Assembly: GCA_037447435.1 (NCBI GenBank)
Contig: JBBIGR010000005.1
Coordinates: 64,001 to 128,000, forward strand
DNA length: 64,000 bases
DNA from: Fibrobacteria bacterium
GTDB taxonomy: Bacteria > Fibrobacterota > Chitinivibrionia > Chitinivibrionales > FEN-1185
Reading direction: 5' to 3'
Positions 49,454-58,515 of this stretch are shown here, in pieces (positions within the stretch are counted from its first letter, which is position 1; each line of letters begins with the position of its first letter). Below the pieces are notes generated by a model that was not told the origin of the DNA, made no database searches, and saw only the letters and a program-made list of their open reading frames with translations. Position numbers and translations under genes: made by a program.

Positions 49454-50071
49454 ATGAAGCAAATCCTCAAACGCGCAAAAGAAATACTCAATGCTGAAGC
49501 TGAAGCAATTTTAAATATTCCTTTAGACGATAATTTTGCAATAGCAATTGATCTATTATTTCATTGTAAAAACAAGGTCGTGACGACCGGCATGGGAAAA
49601 GCCGGAAATATTGCAAAAAAAATTGCAGGAACACTTTGTTCAACCGGCACACCCGCGTGTTTCTTACATCCCGGAGAATCTTCGCATGGCGACCTGGGGC
49701 TCCTTGACGAAGGGGACGTAATCGTAGCGTTTTCCACCAGCGGCAAAACGAGGGAAATCATCGAAATGCTGGAACGCGCAAAGGAATTCGGTGTCCATTC
49801 TTTCATTGGCATAACGTCTCATCCCGATTCAACTATCCGTAAACTATGCAATGTGGTCATAAGCATGGGTGAAATCTCCGAACCATGCTCGTTAGGCCTT
49901 ACGCCAACCGCAAGCACCACGGTGATGATGGCTATCGGCGACGCATTGGCTTTAGTACTCATGGACAAGAAAAAGTTTACAAAAGAGCAATACGGCTCCC
50001 GACATCACGGCGGCTATTTGGGCCAAAAAGCACGTTCCCCGCATACCGGACCAACTTCGGTGTCAATTTAA
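49454..50071 (+). CDS. kdsD: Arabinose-5-phosphate isomerase, SIS domain only (KdsD/KpsF family)
   Basis: TGMGKAG.IA.KIA.T..STGTP, HGDLG, PTASTT, GDALA, HHGGYLG; no CBS pair. Confidence 0.85.
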   Translation: MKQILKRAKEILNAEAEAILNIPLDDNFAIAIDLLFHCKNKVVTTGMGKAGNIAKKIAGTLCSTGTPACFLHPGESSHGDLGLLDEGDVIVAFSTSGKTREIIEMLERAKEFGVHSFIGITSHPDSTIRKLCNVVISMGEISEPCSLGLTPTASTTVMMAIGDALALVLMDKKKFTKEQYGSRHHGGYLGQKARSPHTGPTSVSI

Positions 50072-50073
50072 TC

Positions 50074-51717
50074 ATGAAAACATCTTCCGATTTTTTGGTA
50101 ATAGGCAGCGGCATAGGCGGCCTCACGTTTGCTATTGCAGCAGCAGCAAAAGGTTCGGTTATCATGATTACAAAAAAATCGGATAGCGAATCGAATACAA
50201 ATTATGCGCAGGGTGGTATTGCCTGCGTCCTGGATCCCAAAGATAGTTTTGAAAACCATATTAGAGACACCCTTATTGCCGGTGCAGGGCTTTGTAATGA
50301 AGAAGCGGTACGTATACTTGTGACCGAAGGTCCGGAAGCAATCGATGAACTCATGACATGGGGCACGCATTTTTCAACTTCAAAAAAGTCTCGCGCACCC
50401 CATCGGTTGGATCTTGGCCGCGAAGGCGGACATTCCATGAATCGCATCGTCCACACCAATGACTTGACCGGCCACGACATTGAAGAAACGCTTTTGAATC
50501 AATTACGAAAAATGCCCAATGTAACATTGTATGAGAACCATTGTGCCGTCGAGCTTATCACCAATCATCATGTTTCGCCGCAACATACCCCTAAAAAAAA
50601 CCAGTGTTTTGGCGCCTATGTACTAGATACTATAAAAAGAAATATTTTTTCCGTCGAGTCAAAGATAACATGTTTGTCAACAGGCGGCTGCGGAAGAGTT
50701 TATTTGCACACGACAAACCCTGAAATTGCCACTGGTGACGGTATTGCCATGGCTTACCGGGCAGGCGCGGTAATTGAGAATATGGAATTCATTCAATTTC
50801 ATCCGACGACTTTGTATCATGAAAACGGCAATTCATTCCTGATTTCGGAAGCACTTCGGGGATTCGGCGCGGTATTAAAAGACTCTCGGGGCATCGAATT
50901 CATGGATAAATACCACCATCAAAAGTCACTGGCGCCGCGGGACGTCGTCGCCCGCGCAATAGATAAAGAAATGAAATTATCGGGTGACAGTTGCGTGTTT
51001 CTTGACATAAGACATATACCCGCGAAAAAAGTCAAAGCGCATTTCCCTCATATTTACGGCAGATGCAAGGAATACGGCATCGATATTACCTCGGATCTTA
51101 TTCCGGTTGTCCCTGCGGCACATTATACGTGCGGGGGAATAAAAGTAGATTTGAACGGCAAAACAACCATTGAAAATCTTTACGCCTGCGGAGAAGCATC
51201 CTGTACCGGGATTCATGGAGCAAACAGACTCGCCTCTAATTCGCTTCTGGAAGCATTGGTATTTTCTCGCCGTGCTGCCCATACCGCAACCTGTGAAATT
51301 GCCCGAATTATCCGTATAGGCCATTCGCGGATACCCGCATGGGACGACAGCGGCACCATAGACAACGAAGAATGGGTTTTGCTATCCCACAATCTTACCG
51401 AAATTCAAACGGTCATGTGGGATTATGTAGGAATAGTACGCTCTAATTTGCGGCTACAACGAGCTTTGAGACGTGTTGCATTTTTGGAAAAAGAAATTGA
51501 AAATTTTTATAAGCGTACAAAGATTACCGCCAGGTTGCTTGAACTCCGGAATCTTGTCACCTGCGCAAAACTCATTGTCATTTCCGCTTTACGCCGACAT
51601 GAAAGTCGCGGTTTACATTACACGACAGATTTTCCGTCCCAAAACGATACCTATTGGAAAAAAAACACGCAATGCGTAAAAAAAGCCCCCCTCGGGCGAA
51701 AACGTCGAACTTCATGA
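50074..51717 (+). CDS. nadB: L-aspartate oxidase
   Basis: IGSGIGGL, SNTNYAQGGIA, REGGHS, QFHPT, LISEALRG, LAPRDVVAR, HGANRLASNSLLE, ESRGLHY; probable ATG at 50074. Confidence 0.97.
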   Translation: MKTSSDFLVIGSGIGGLTFAIAAAAKGSVIMITKKSDSESNTNYAQGGIACVLDPKDSFENHIRDTLIAGAGLCNEEAVRILVTEGPEAIDELMTWGTHFSTSKKSRAPHRLDLGREGGHSMNRIVHTNDLTGHDIEETLLNQLRKMPNVTLYENHCAVELITNHHVSPQHTPKKNQCFGAYVLDTIKRNIFSVESKITCLSTGGCGRVYLHTTNPEIATGDGIAMAYRAGAVIENMEFIQFHPTTLYHENGNSFLISEALRGFGAVLKDSRGIEFMDKYHHQKSLAPRDVVARAIDKEMKLSGDSCVFLDIRHIPAKKVKAHFPHIYGRCKEYGIDITSDLIPVVPAAHYTCGGIKVDLNGKTTIENLYACGEASCTGIHGANRLASNSLLEALVFSRRAAHTATCEIARIIRIGHSRIPAWDDSGTIDNEEWVLLSHNLTEIQTVMWDYVGIVRSNLRLQRALRRVAFLEKEIENFYKRTKITARLLELRNLVTCAKLIVISALRRHESRGLHYTTDFPSQNDTYWKKNTQCVKKAPLGRKRRTS

Positions 51718-51731
51718 TATAGTCGCAACTT

Positions 51732-53702
51732 ATGAGTATACTTATCGGAGTTTTTTTACTTATCGCAATAGCGTTTGTCCTTGCAATTTCGTACTATCAT
51801 CGGCATATCAAATCAAAATGGCAAATCGCTTTCATTTCGATTCGGATATTGCTTTTTCTCACTTTGTTTTTTTCTTTCATCGAACCTATTCTTACATTCG
51901 AACGTATTGCGTCCCCTTCCCGAGTAATGCCAATTCTTATAGATAATTCATTAAGCATGCAATTATTTAACCCCGATTCATCGGTTGTTCCGTTTATCGA
52001 TTCGCTATTAAAAGTCAAACTGGACATTGATAATAATCCAATTGTGTTCAAACCATTTTTATTTGGTGATTCAATCGCCGAATTTCACCAACAAAGCAGA
52101 ATCCCTTTCACGAACAATCAAAGTTTTTTTCCTACGTATTGGCGCGACAAACAGACAGCCAACGCGCCTTGTTGGCTCCTCATTAGCGATGGCAATTTTT
52201 CGAATCCCTCGGTACCCAAAGAACTTTTATCCGATAAAAATGTGACCTATTCAGTGTTACCTAATCCGACGATTCGCGCAAATTTAAAAATTACAGTTCA
52301 CACGGAATCAACCATAGCTCCAAAGGATTCCATTTTTCCCGTTACAGTGCGCTATGACGGATTTTCTCCCGTGCGAGAAGACGGAATTCTCTTTTGTCGC
52401 ATAAACGATAAAACGGTGTCTCGTAAAAGCTTGAATCTCGGCAAAGGTTTTTTTTCCGATACGACGACAATCCGATTGAAATCGGTGCACCAAGGAAGAT
52501 TTTTATTCGCAATTTCAATTTCGATGCCGCGCGATACGCTCTATCGAACGGTATATTTTCCGCTCACGATCGTTCCCAGCAAATTTAATGCAGGTATTGT
52601 TTCAAATTCACCGGTATTGGATGAACGGTTTTTAAAAATTGCCCTTGACAATGACGAGCAATGGAAAATAGCCGATGATACGACAAAACAATTTGATGCA
52701 CTATTTTGCTTTGATTTATCCTCACCGGATGTCCGCTTAATTTCAAAACTGCAGCCGCGAGGAGTACTTGCATTTCTTGGAAAACCTCCCTTTGAAACGC
52801 CAGGGATAGTTTCGGCAAAAACATTTGTACCACTTTTTAACCATACCTACGAGTCCGTTTTTCAACAATTGCGACTTCATGAAGTCCCCGCTCCGCTTGA
52901 AATGTACCGGTATGAAAAACAAAAGTTCACTAACCTTGATACGCTCATTTCGTGCATTGTTTCGGCGAACTCAATAACCGACACTATCCCGTTTCTTACC
53001 CGCGGCAGAATCTTTAATCATGATGATTTTATTGCAGCGGGGACAGAACTATGGCACATGGATTTTTGGCCGCTCTCTCTAATAAAACAAAGCGAGTCAA
53101 CTTCGTTTTTGCAATATTTTACAGGACTAATTAAACAGCAAATCATTGCAAATTCTTTCAACAATTTCATCGCGTTTCCTGATGAAAATGATGATTCCGA
53201 AAAAGATTCAGTCCGATTTTCATTGCTTTTGCCTTTCGAAATATCGTCACAACTCGAATCATCCGGCAAGATTTTCGCACAAATCAAAATCGACTCTTTA
53301 AATCGTAGCATCGAATCATTATCTTCAATCCCGGTTTCTATTTTCGGAGCAACACCCCCAACAGTTACCGTACCATCGCCGAAAAATGGCAAGTATAAAT
53401 ATCGCGTCACGATTACTGCTCATGGGAACTCCTATGAATATTCCGACTCTCTTTTTATTGGAAAAAACCAGGAAGAGCTGTTTGTTACCGGGCAAAACAC
53501 TGCGTTGCTCAATCAATTCGGAACACCGTTGCAATCGAACTCCGTCAAGGCTGTTTTAAAGGCATATCATGATGCTTCATCGGCAAACCGGAATATCGTT
53601 ATCGATTCTTTAGAAATAAGAAAAACATGGGCGCTTTTGTTCATCATAGTACTTCTCCTCATTTTCGAATGGATTTTCCGAAAAAAGCAGGAGCTTGAAT
53701 AG
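51732..53702 (+). CDS. Hypothetical membrane protein (vWA-like motif, Ig-like middle, C-terminal TM)
   Basis: Two N-terminal TMs, LIDNSLSM, LISDG, terminal LLIFEWIFRK. Confidence 0.65.
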   Translation: MSILIGVFLLIAIAFVLAISYYHRHIKSKWQIAFISIRILLFLTLFFSFIEPILTFERIASPSRVMPILIDNSLSMQLFNPDSSVVPFIDSLLKVKLDIDNNPIVFKPFLFGDSIAEFHQQSRIPFTNNQSFFPTYWRDKQTANAPCWLLISDGNFSNPSVPKELLSDKNVTYSVLPNPTIRANLKITVHTESTIAPKDSIFPVTVRYDGFSPVREDGILFCRINDKTVSRKSLNLGKGFFSDTTTIRLKSVHQGRFLFAISISMPRDTLYRTVYFPLTIVPSKFNAGIVSNSPVLDERFLKIALDNDEQWKIADDTTKQFDALFCFDLSSPDVRLISKLQPRGVLAFLGKPPFETPGIVSAKTFVPLFNHTYESVFQQLRLHEVPAPLEMYRYEKQKFTNLDTLISCIVSANSITDTIPFLTRGRIFNHDDFIAAGTELWHMDFWPLSLIKQSESTSFLQYFTGLIKQQIIANSFNNFIAFPDENDDSEKDSVRFSLLLPFEISSQLESSGKIFAQIKIDSLNRSIESLSSIPVSIFGATPPTVTVPSPKNGKYKYRVTITAHGNSYEYSDSLFIGKNQEELFVTGQNTALLNQFGTPLQSNSVKAVLKAYHDASSANRNIVIDSLEIRKTWALLFIIVLLLIFEWIFRKKQELE

Positions 53703-53792
53703 GCCGGATTTTCTTTCTTGTTTTTATTCACTACAAGACTTATTTTAAAAGACTATCTAATTTCAAGCTTTATGAAAGAAGGTGATTTGTAC

Positions 53793-54011
53793 ATGAACGG
53801 TATTATTGTTAAAGAAGACGAAGCCTTTGAAAAAGCGCTACGACGTTTTACAAAAACATGTGAACGCGCAGGTATTCTTTCAGATATAAAAAAATACAGA
53901 CATTATGAAAAACCGAGCGAGGAAAGAAAAAGAAAAATGAACGCTTCACGCCGTAAAAAAGTGCGCGAAGAAAAACGTTTTACTTTTAAAGCCCCCAGGT
54001 TTTATAATTAA
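53793..54011 (+). CDS. rpsU: 30S ribosomal protein S21
   Basis: FEKALRRF, GILSDIK, YEKPSEERK; AAGGTGA RBS before ATG 53793. Confidence 0.96.
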   Translation: MNGIIVKEDEAFEKALRRFTKTCERAGILSDIKKYRHYEKPSEERKRKMNASRRKKVREEKRFTFKAPRFYN

Positions 54012-54062
54012 TCGTTAATTAATCGAATTGTTTTTTCAAAAAAACGCTGAAACGTAATCGTC

Positions 54063-54623
54063 TCAGCGTTTTTTTTCCATGGATTCGACAACCTTAAATC
54101 CAATAACGGCACACGAAGTTGCAACATTCATTGAATTTTTAAAACCAAACACCGGTATCTCAACTACGCTATCGCAAATATCAAGAATCTCCCTGCTTAC
54201 GCCAAGCGCCTCGTTTCCAAAAACTATTCCTACTTCCTGCGGAATATCGATGATGTCGTAACGAATTGCATGCGATGCTGTTTCGGCTGCCCATACGCGA
54301 ATACCACGACTCTTGAGCATTGCGATTGCATCAAAAGTGGATTCAAATTTTTTCCACGGCACATAATCTATAGTCCCGAGCGACGTTTTTTCAAGTTTGA
54401 CGTGAGGGGGGCTTGCCGTATAGCCGCATAAAAAAAGTCCGCTGACCCGTAGAATATCGCATAACCTGAAAATAGCGCCGACATTAAACGCACTTCTTAG
54501 ATTATCAAGGATGATATATAATTTATGTTTGGGTAATTTATTGTATTCGTCAAGAGGTATCAAGGTATCGAACGACCGGACTTCAAAATTCGTTTCCACG
54601 CCGCTTTTATCGCGCAGCTTCAC
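54063..54623 (-). CDS. SpoU/TrmH family RNA methyltransferase
   Basis: LDNLRSAFNVGAIFR, VFGNEALGV, SMNVA; probable GTG start at 54623 with GGAGG RBS. Confidence 0.9.
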   Translation of the reverse strand: MKLRDKSGVETNFEVRSFDTLIPLDEYNKLPKHKLYIILDNLRSAFNVGAIFRLCDILRVSGLFLCGYTASPPHVKLEKTSLGTIDYVPWKKFESTFDAIAMLKSRGIRVWAAETASHAIRYDIIDIPQEVGIVFGNEALGVSREILDICDSVVEIPVFGFKNSMNVATSCAVIGFKVVESMEKKR

Positions 54624-55905
54624 CGTACTTCCTCCTTTTCCGTTCTTTTTCGGCATATACGAGCAATATTGCGCCGCCAATAAATACGATAATGATCGAT
54701 GACATTCCTAGACGCGATGAGAAAGAATCGGAAAATTTTAGAAAGTGCAATAAAAGTGTTACTTGACCAACCAATAACGGACCAATTATGATGGAAAATC
54801 TGCTGATAAGGTTTAAAAAACCGAAATATTCTGCGGAATCGTCCGCTGGTACGATTTTGGCAAAATAGGAACGAGACAGCGCCTGGACTCCGCCTTGCGC
54901 GATCGCAACAAGACTGGCTAAAAACATGTACTGTCCACTGGTTTTAAGTATTAAAAAACCAATGGTGCAAACGAGTATGTATATGGCAATACCGCACAGG
55001 ATAGTTGATCCGGCACCTATGTATTTTGATAAATATGCAAACCCAATGGATGCAAAAAAAGCGATAAACTGTACCAAAACAATGGTTATTAAAAGTATTC
55101 TCTGGTCTATTCCAATGGACATTCCAAAATTCACTGCCATGGTAATGACGGTATAAACCCCATCCATATATAACCAGAACGCAATAATAAAAAACACAAG
55201 AAGTTTATCGTTGGCAATTTTAAGAACAGTTCCTTTGAGCCGTCTCATGCTGTCAAGGATGAGCGCCTTTTTGCTTCCCAAAGGGTCGTTTTTAGCTTCC
55301 CGAACAAAAAACAGGATCGGTAAGGAAAACAAAAACCACCAGATCGCGACAGAGGCAAAAGCAACTCTCATTGCAAAAGCCTGATTTGGCAAACCTATCC
55401 GCTGCCAGAATAAGACGACAACGATATCGACAACTAAAACTATTCCTCCGCCAATATAACCAACGGCGTACCCCCAGGAAGAGACAAAATCCATTTCATT
55501 TTCCGGAACAATGTCTACCAGTAAAGAATCATAAAAGAGATTTGCGCAAGTAAAGCCAATATTTGCCAACACAAAAAGAGCTATAGCCACGGCCCATTGC
55601 CCTTGGCCCACAAAAAAAAGGCCTGCGGTCATAGACACTCCGAGTATTATAAAAGAGCCAAGGAATGTCTTTTTTCCGTGGGAGGCATCTGCAAAAGCGC
55701 CAATAAGCGGCGATAATAACGCAGCAATAGTCCCTGCAATTGTGTTTCCAAGGCCTAAACGAGCCGTATTAACCGCAGAATGAGCCTGAATATCCCAAAA
55801 AGTTTTAAACAAGACGGGATAAAAGGCAGTAAGAACCACTACGGCAAAAGACGAATTTGCCCAATCGTACATGCACCAGCTTATAATCGATTTATTGAGT
55901 TTCAT
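54607..55905 (-). CDS. MFS transporter (UMF1/Atg22-like)
   Basis: SWCMYDWANS, FYDSLL, GYAVGYIGG, QALSRSYFAKIVP, EYFGF. Confidence 0.9.
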   Translation of the reverse strand: MKLNKSIISWCMYDWANSSFAVVVLTAFYPVLFKTFWDIQAHSAVNTARLGLGNTIAGTIAALLSPLIGAFADASHGKKTFLGSFIILGVSMTAGLFFVGQGQWAVAIALFVLANIGFTCANLFYDSLLVDIVPENEMDFVSSWGYAVGYIGGGIVLVVDIVVVLFWQRIGLPNQAFAMRVAFASVAIWWFLFSLPILFFVREAKNDPLGSKKALILDSMRRLKGTVLKIANDKLLVFFIIAFWLYMDGVYTVITMAVNFGMSIGIDQRILLITIVLVQFIAFFASIGFAYLSKYIGAGSTILCGIAIYILVCTIGFLILKTSGQYMFLASLVAIAQGGVQALSRSYFAKIVPADDSAEYFGFLNLISRFSIIIGPLLVGQVTLLLHFLKFSDSFSSRLGMSSIIIVFIGGAILLVYAEKERKRRKYGEAAR

Positions 55906-55934
55906 GAAGAGTAAGAAAAATATATCAGCTTACC

Positions 55935-57182
55935 TTAAGTTTTCTTCTCTTTTTTCTCTGCGGCAGGAAAAAGAACATTATTTAATATGAGCCTGTAGCC
56001 CGGAGAGTTCTTGTGCAGACGTAAATCGGTCGGCTTATTGCCGACGGCATGGGAATAATCCTCCGGATCATGGCCGCCCAAATAGGCAAATTGGCCTTTT
56101 CCTGCAACCCCATGAAGATAATTGACACATGCAGTACCCGGCACCGATGCAAGAATTATGACGCTTTTTTTAATCACCTTTTTATTGAACGAGGTGCAAA
56201 GCCCATAAAACCCGGTTATGGTTTTCACATGGTCTTGCACAAGCATGCTGGGAACAGGATCAAGTTTTGCACTGAAATCGAACAATTCAAAATCCAGAGC
56301 CGGCGCGCGCATCGGTGTATTGACAAGGTTCATATCTATGTTGTCAAAATACGACTGGTACGGATCGGTTTGAATAGAAAAATTTTCAAATGCCAAACAA
56401 TTATTAAAATTGAGCTTCGCGGCATAATTAGGATCGATACCGTCGCCATCGTATACGTCGCCGACGATATCGGTCCCCAGTGCCGACAGTGCGATTTCCA
56501 AAGTGTTTGTTGCGCTGCACATAGCAAAAAGGAATCCGCCCTTTTCAACATAATTTTTAATAGACAATGCAACGGCTTTTTTGCATTCGCTTACTTTTTT
56601 AAATCCAAGATCCTTTGCAAGTTTCTCAAGTTCCATTTGTTGTTGCTGATACCATGTCGTTGTATGAAATGAAAGGTAGAACTTGCTATATTGTCCGGTA
56701 AAATCCTCATGATGCAAATGCAACCAATCGTAATCGGACAATTTTCCGGTCAATACTTCTTTATCGTAAATTTTATCGTACGGAATATCGGCGTAGGTCA
56801 AGGCAAGCGTTACCGCATCATCCCATGGAAGTTTGGTTGGCGGGGTATAGACTGCTATCCGGGGAGTTTTTTCCAAAGTCACCCGCTCCATATTACTGTT
56901 CTCTATGGTTTGTAAAATATCCGTCCATTCATTATTCGAAATCTTTTTAACTGTAATTCCATTTTTTATTGCACCGAGCTCAAATTCACGGGAGTCGTCT
57001 GAAGCAAACGAGCCGCCACGGAAATTGAGCAGCCAATATACTTTGCCCCCAGATTTTAATTGCCTGTATACAAGCCCATACGCCTTCAAATGATCCGTTT
57101 GCGTTTCGTCCATAGGAATAAGAAGCATTGCCGTCGCAGAATGGACAATACATAGCACCGCAATAAAAATTATTGTCTTCAT
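55935..57182 (-). CDS. Conserved exported protein of unknown function (possibly class-I glutamine-amidotransferase-like fold)
   Basis: Signal peptide; LIPMD..QTDHLKAYG, WLLNFRGGSF, DWLHLHHEDFTGQY, FAMCSAT, GGHDPEDY, LILNNVLFPAA. Confidence 0.7.
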   Translation of the reverse strand: MKTIIFIAVLCIVHSATAMLLIPMDETQTDHLKAYGLVYRQLKSGGKVYWLLNFRGGSFASDDSREFELGAIKNGITVKKISNNEWTDILQTIENSNMERVTLEKTPRIAVYTPPTKLPWDDAVTLALTYADIPYDKIYDKEVLTGKLSDYDWLHLHHEDFTGQYSKFYLSFHTTTWYQQQQMELEKLAKDLGFKKVSECKKAVALSIKNYVEKGGFLFAMCSATNTLEIALSALGTDIVGDVYDGDGIDPNYAAKLNFNNCLAFENFSIQTDPYQSYFDNIDMNLVNTPMRAPALDFELFDFSAKLDPVPSMLVQDHVKTITGFYGLCTSFNKKVIKKSVIILASVPGTACVNYLHGVAGKGQFAYLGGHDPEDYSHAVGNKPTDLRLHKNSPGYRLILNNVLFPAAEKKEKKT

Positions 57183-57333
57183 GATTACAAAATAGTTTAC
57201 TCCATGCCGGGTTTCACAAATTGTCCTTGCCTCAAACATGTATAGACATCTATTTTTCTCAGTAAGGGGGTACCATTGATAATTTGCAATGCGAAAGCCC
57301 CGCTATTTTAAAATTTTCTTCGCCGGGGGGCTT

Positions 57334-58419
57334 ATGAATTTTTTAAGGATCTGTTCGTTCTCGATTTTTCTTCTCTTTTCTTTTCACACCGCCTTTTCCG
57401 CCACCTTTGCCTGGACCGGGATACGATGCCCGGCAAAAATCAGCCAAAAAGAAGGAATCAGCGGCTACCCAAATAAAATCGGCACATTTACTCTTTTGTC
57501 TGGTAAAGAAGATTGGGGACAATGTGTTTTTAATGTCAACAATCGGTTTCAGAGCTCAAAGCCATGGGCAACTTGGGCAGTAGGAACGATTCCGGAAAAT
57601 ATTACTCCGCTTTCGGATCAAAAGCACAATGAATACCTCTCATACATGGATCTTTTGGGTGTTTCCATTTTTCTAGAGCTTATTCCAACGAATCAAAATG
57701 TCGTAACCTTAATAAACGACAATCTCACAAAATTCGGTAACCATTCATGCGTTAGCGGAATTGGTATCGATCTTGAATATTATACGGGAACAGTTGACCC
57801 AAAGGCGTGGGATGATAAGGCAAAATCCTTCAAATCAACATACCGGTTATATATGAAACATTGGGAAACTGCTAAAATGGGGACATACCGTGGAAAAGGT
57901 GATTTGATTTTTATTTGCACATCATCGGAGGGCACCGTTTCATCGCTAACCGATGCATTCGCATCTTGGGCAACGACCTTCGCACCCAATGCCGTTGCCT
58001 TTCAAATAGGATACCCTGCAGACGAAGACGCGGAAAACGGCAGTAAAGGCGGTTGGGCTGCGTTTGCTGATCCAATTAAGGATTGGGGATCGCAAATTTT
58101 AACGAAAATCACCAATGCATCGCAGGAAGTAGGGATATTATGGGTTACGGTTAAATCCGGCAAATCCTATAATACCTCTTGGGATCTGACCAAAGGTGCA
58201 AAACTTCCCGATATTACAACCGTCACCCCGGAAAATGTTTTAAAGAATCAATTTGGATTCACCACGACAACGACCATCAAAACGGGGATTTACATTTCAC
58301 GAAAAAATTTGATTCAGGGAAACGGTTCTTTTTTAAATGTACTCGGCCAAAAAATGATATCCTCGGGAAATTTTCATTCCGGAGTTTTAATTAAAAGCCC
58401 CCAGCTTCAAACTCGCTAA
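57334..58419 (+). CDS. Hypothetical secreted protein (possible glycoside hydrolase-like fold) with short C-terminal sorting-like tail
   Basis: Signal peptide ending AFS-A; GIGIDLEY, FQIGYPAD; tail FLNVLGQK...SGVLI. Confidence 0.55.
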   Translation: MNFLRICSFSIFLLFSFHTAFSATFAWTGIRCPAKISQKEGISGYPNKIGTFTLLSGKEDWGQCVFNVNNRFQSSKPWATWAVGTIPENITPLSDQKHNEYLSYMDLLGVSIFLELIPTNQNVVTLINDNLTKFGNHSCVSGIGIDLEYYTGTVDPKAWDDKAKSFKSTYRLYMKHWETAKMGTYRGKGDLIFICTSSEGTVSSLTDAFASWATTFAPNAVAFQIGYPADEDAENGSKGGWAAFADPIKDWGSQILTKITNASQEVGILWVTVKSGKSYNTSWDLTKGAKLPDITTVTPENVLKNQFGFTTTTTIKTGIYISRKNLIQGNGSFLNVLGQKMISSGNFHSGVLIKSPQLQTR

Positions 58420-58443
58420 TTTTCTTAAATAAATTAATTTTCT

Positions 58444-58493
58444 CAAAGGCAGCCGGCTTGGTTTACTTATTTACATCGGGTCGGCAACCCTTT
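58444..58493. terminator. Imperfect hairpin between convergent genes
   Basis: AAAGGCAGCCGGCTTG...CGGGTCGGCAACCCTTT, pairing includes G-U pairs. Confidence 0.4.
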
Positions 58494-58515
58494 ATCATTT
58501 TATTTTATAAGGATT

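Noticed and set aside
49885..50073. 63-aa N-terminal extension of nadB in the ORF track
   Set aside because: Overlaps kdsD; NadB homology starts at MKTSSDFLVIGSG (50074)
55935..57182. Asparagine synthetase B label sometimes given to similar proteins
   Set aside because: No N-terminal Cys Ntn domain or SGGLDS motif, and it has a signal peptide
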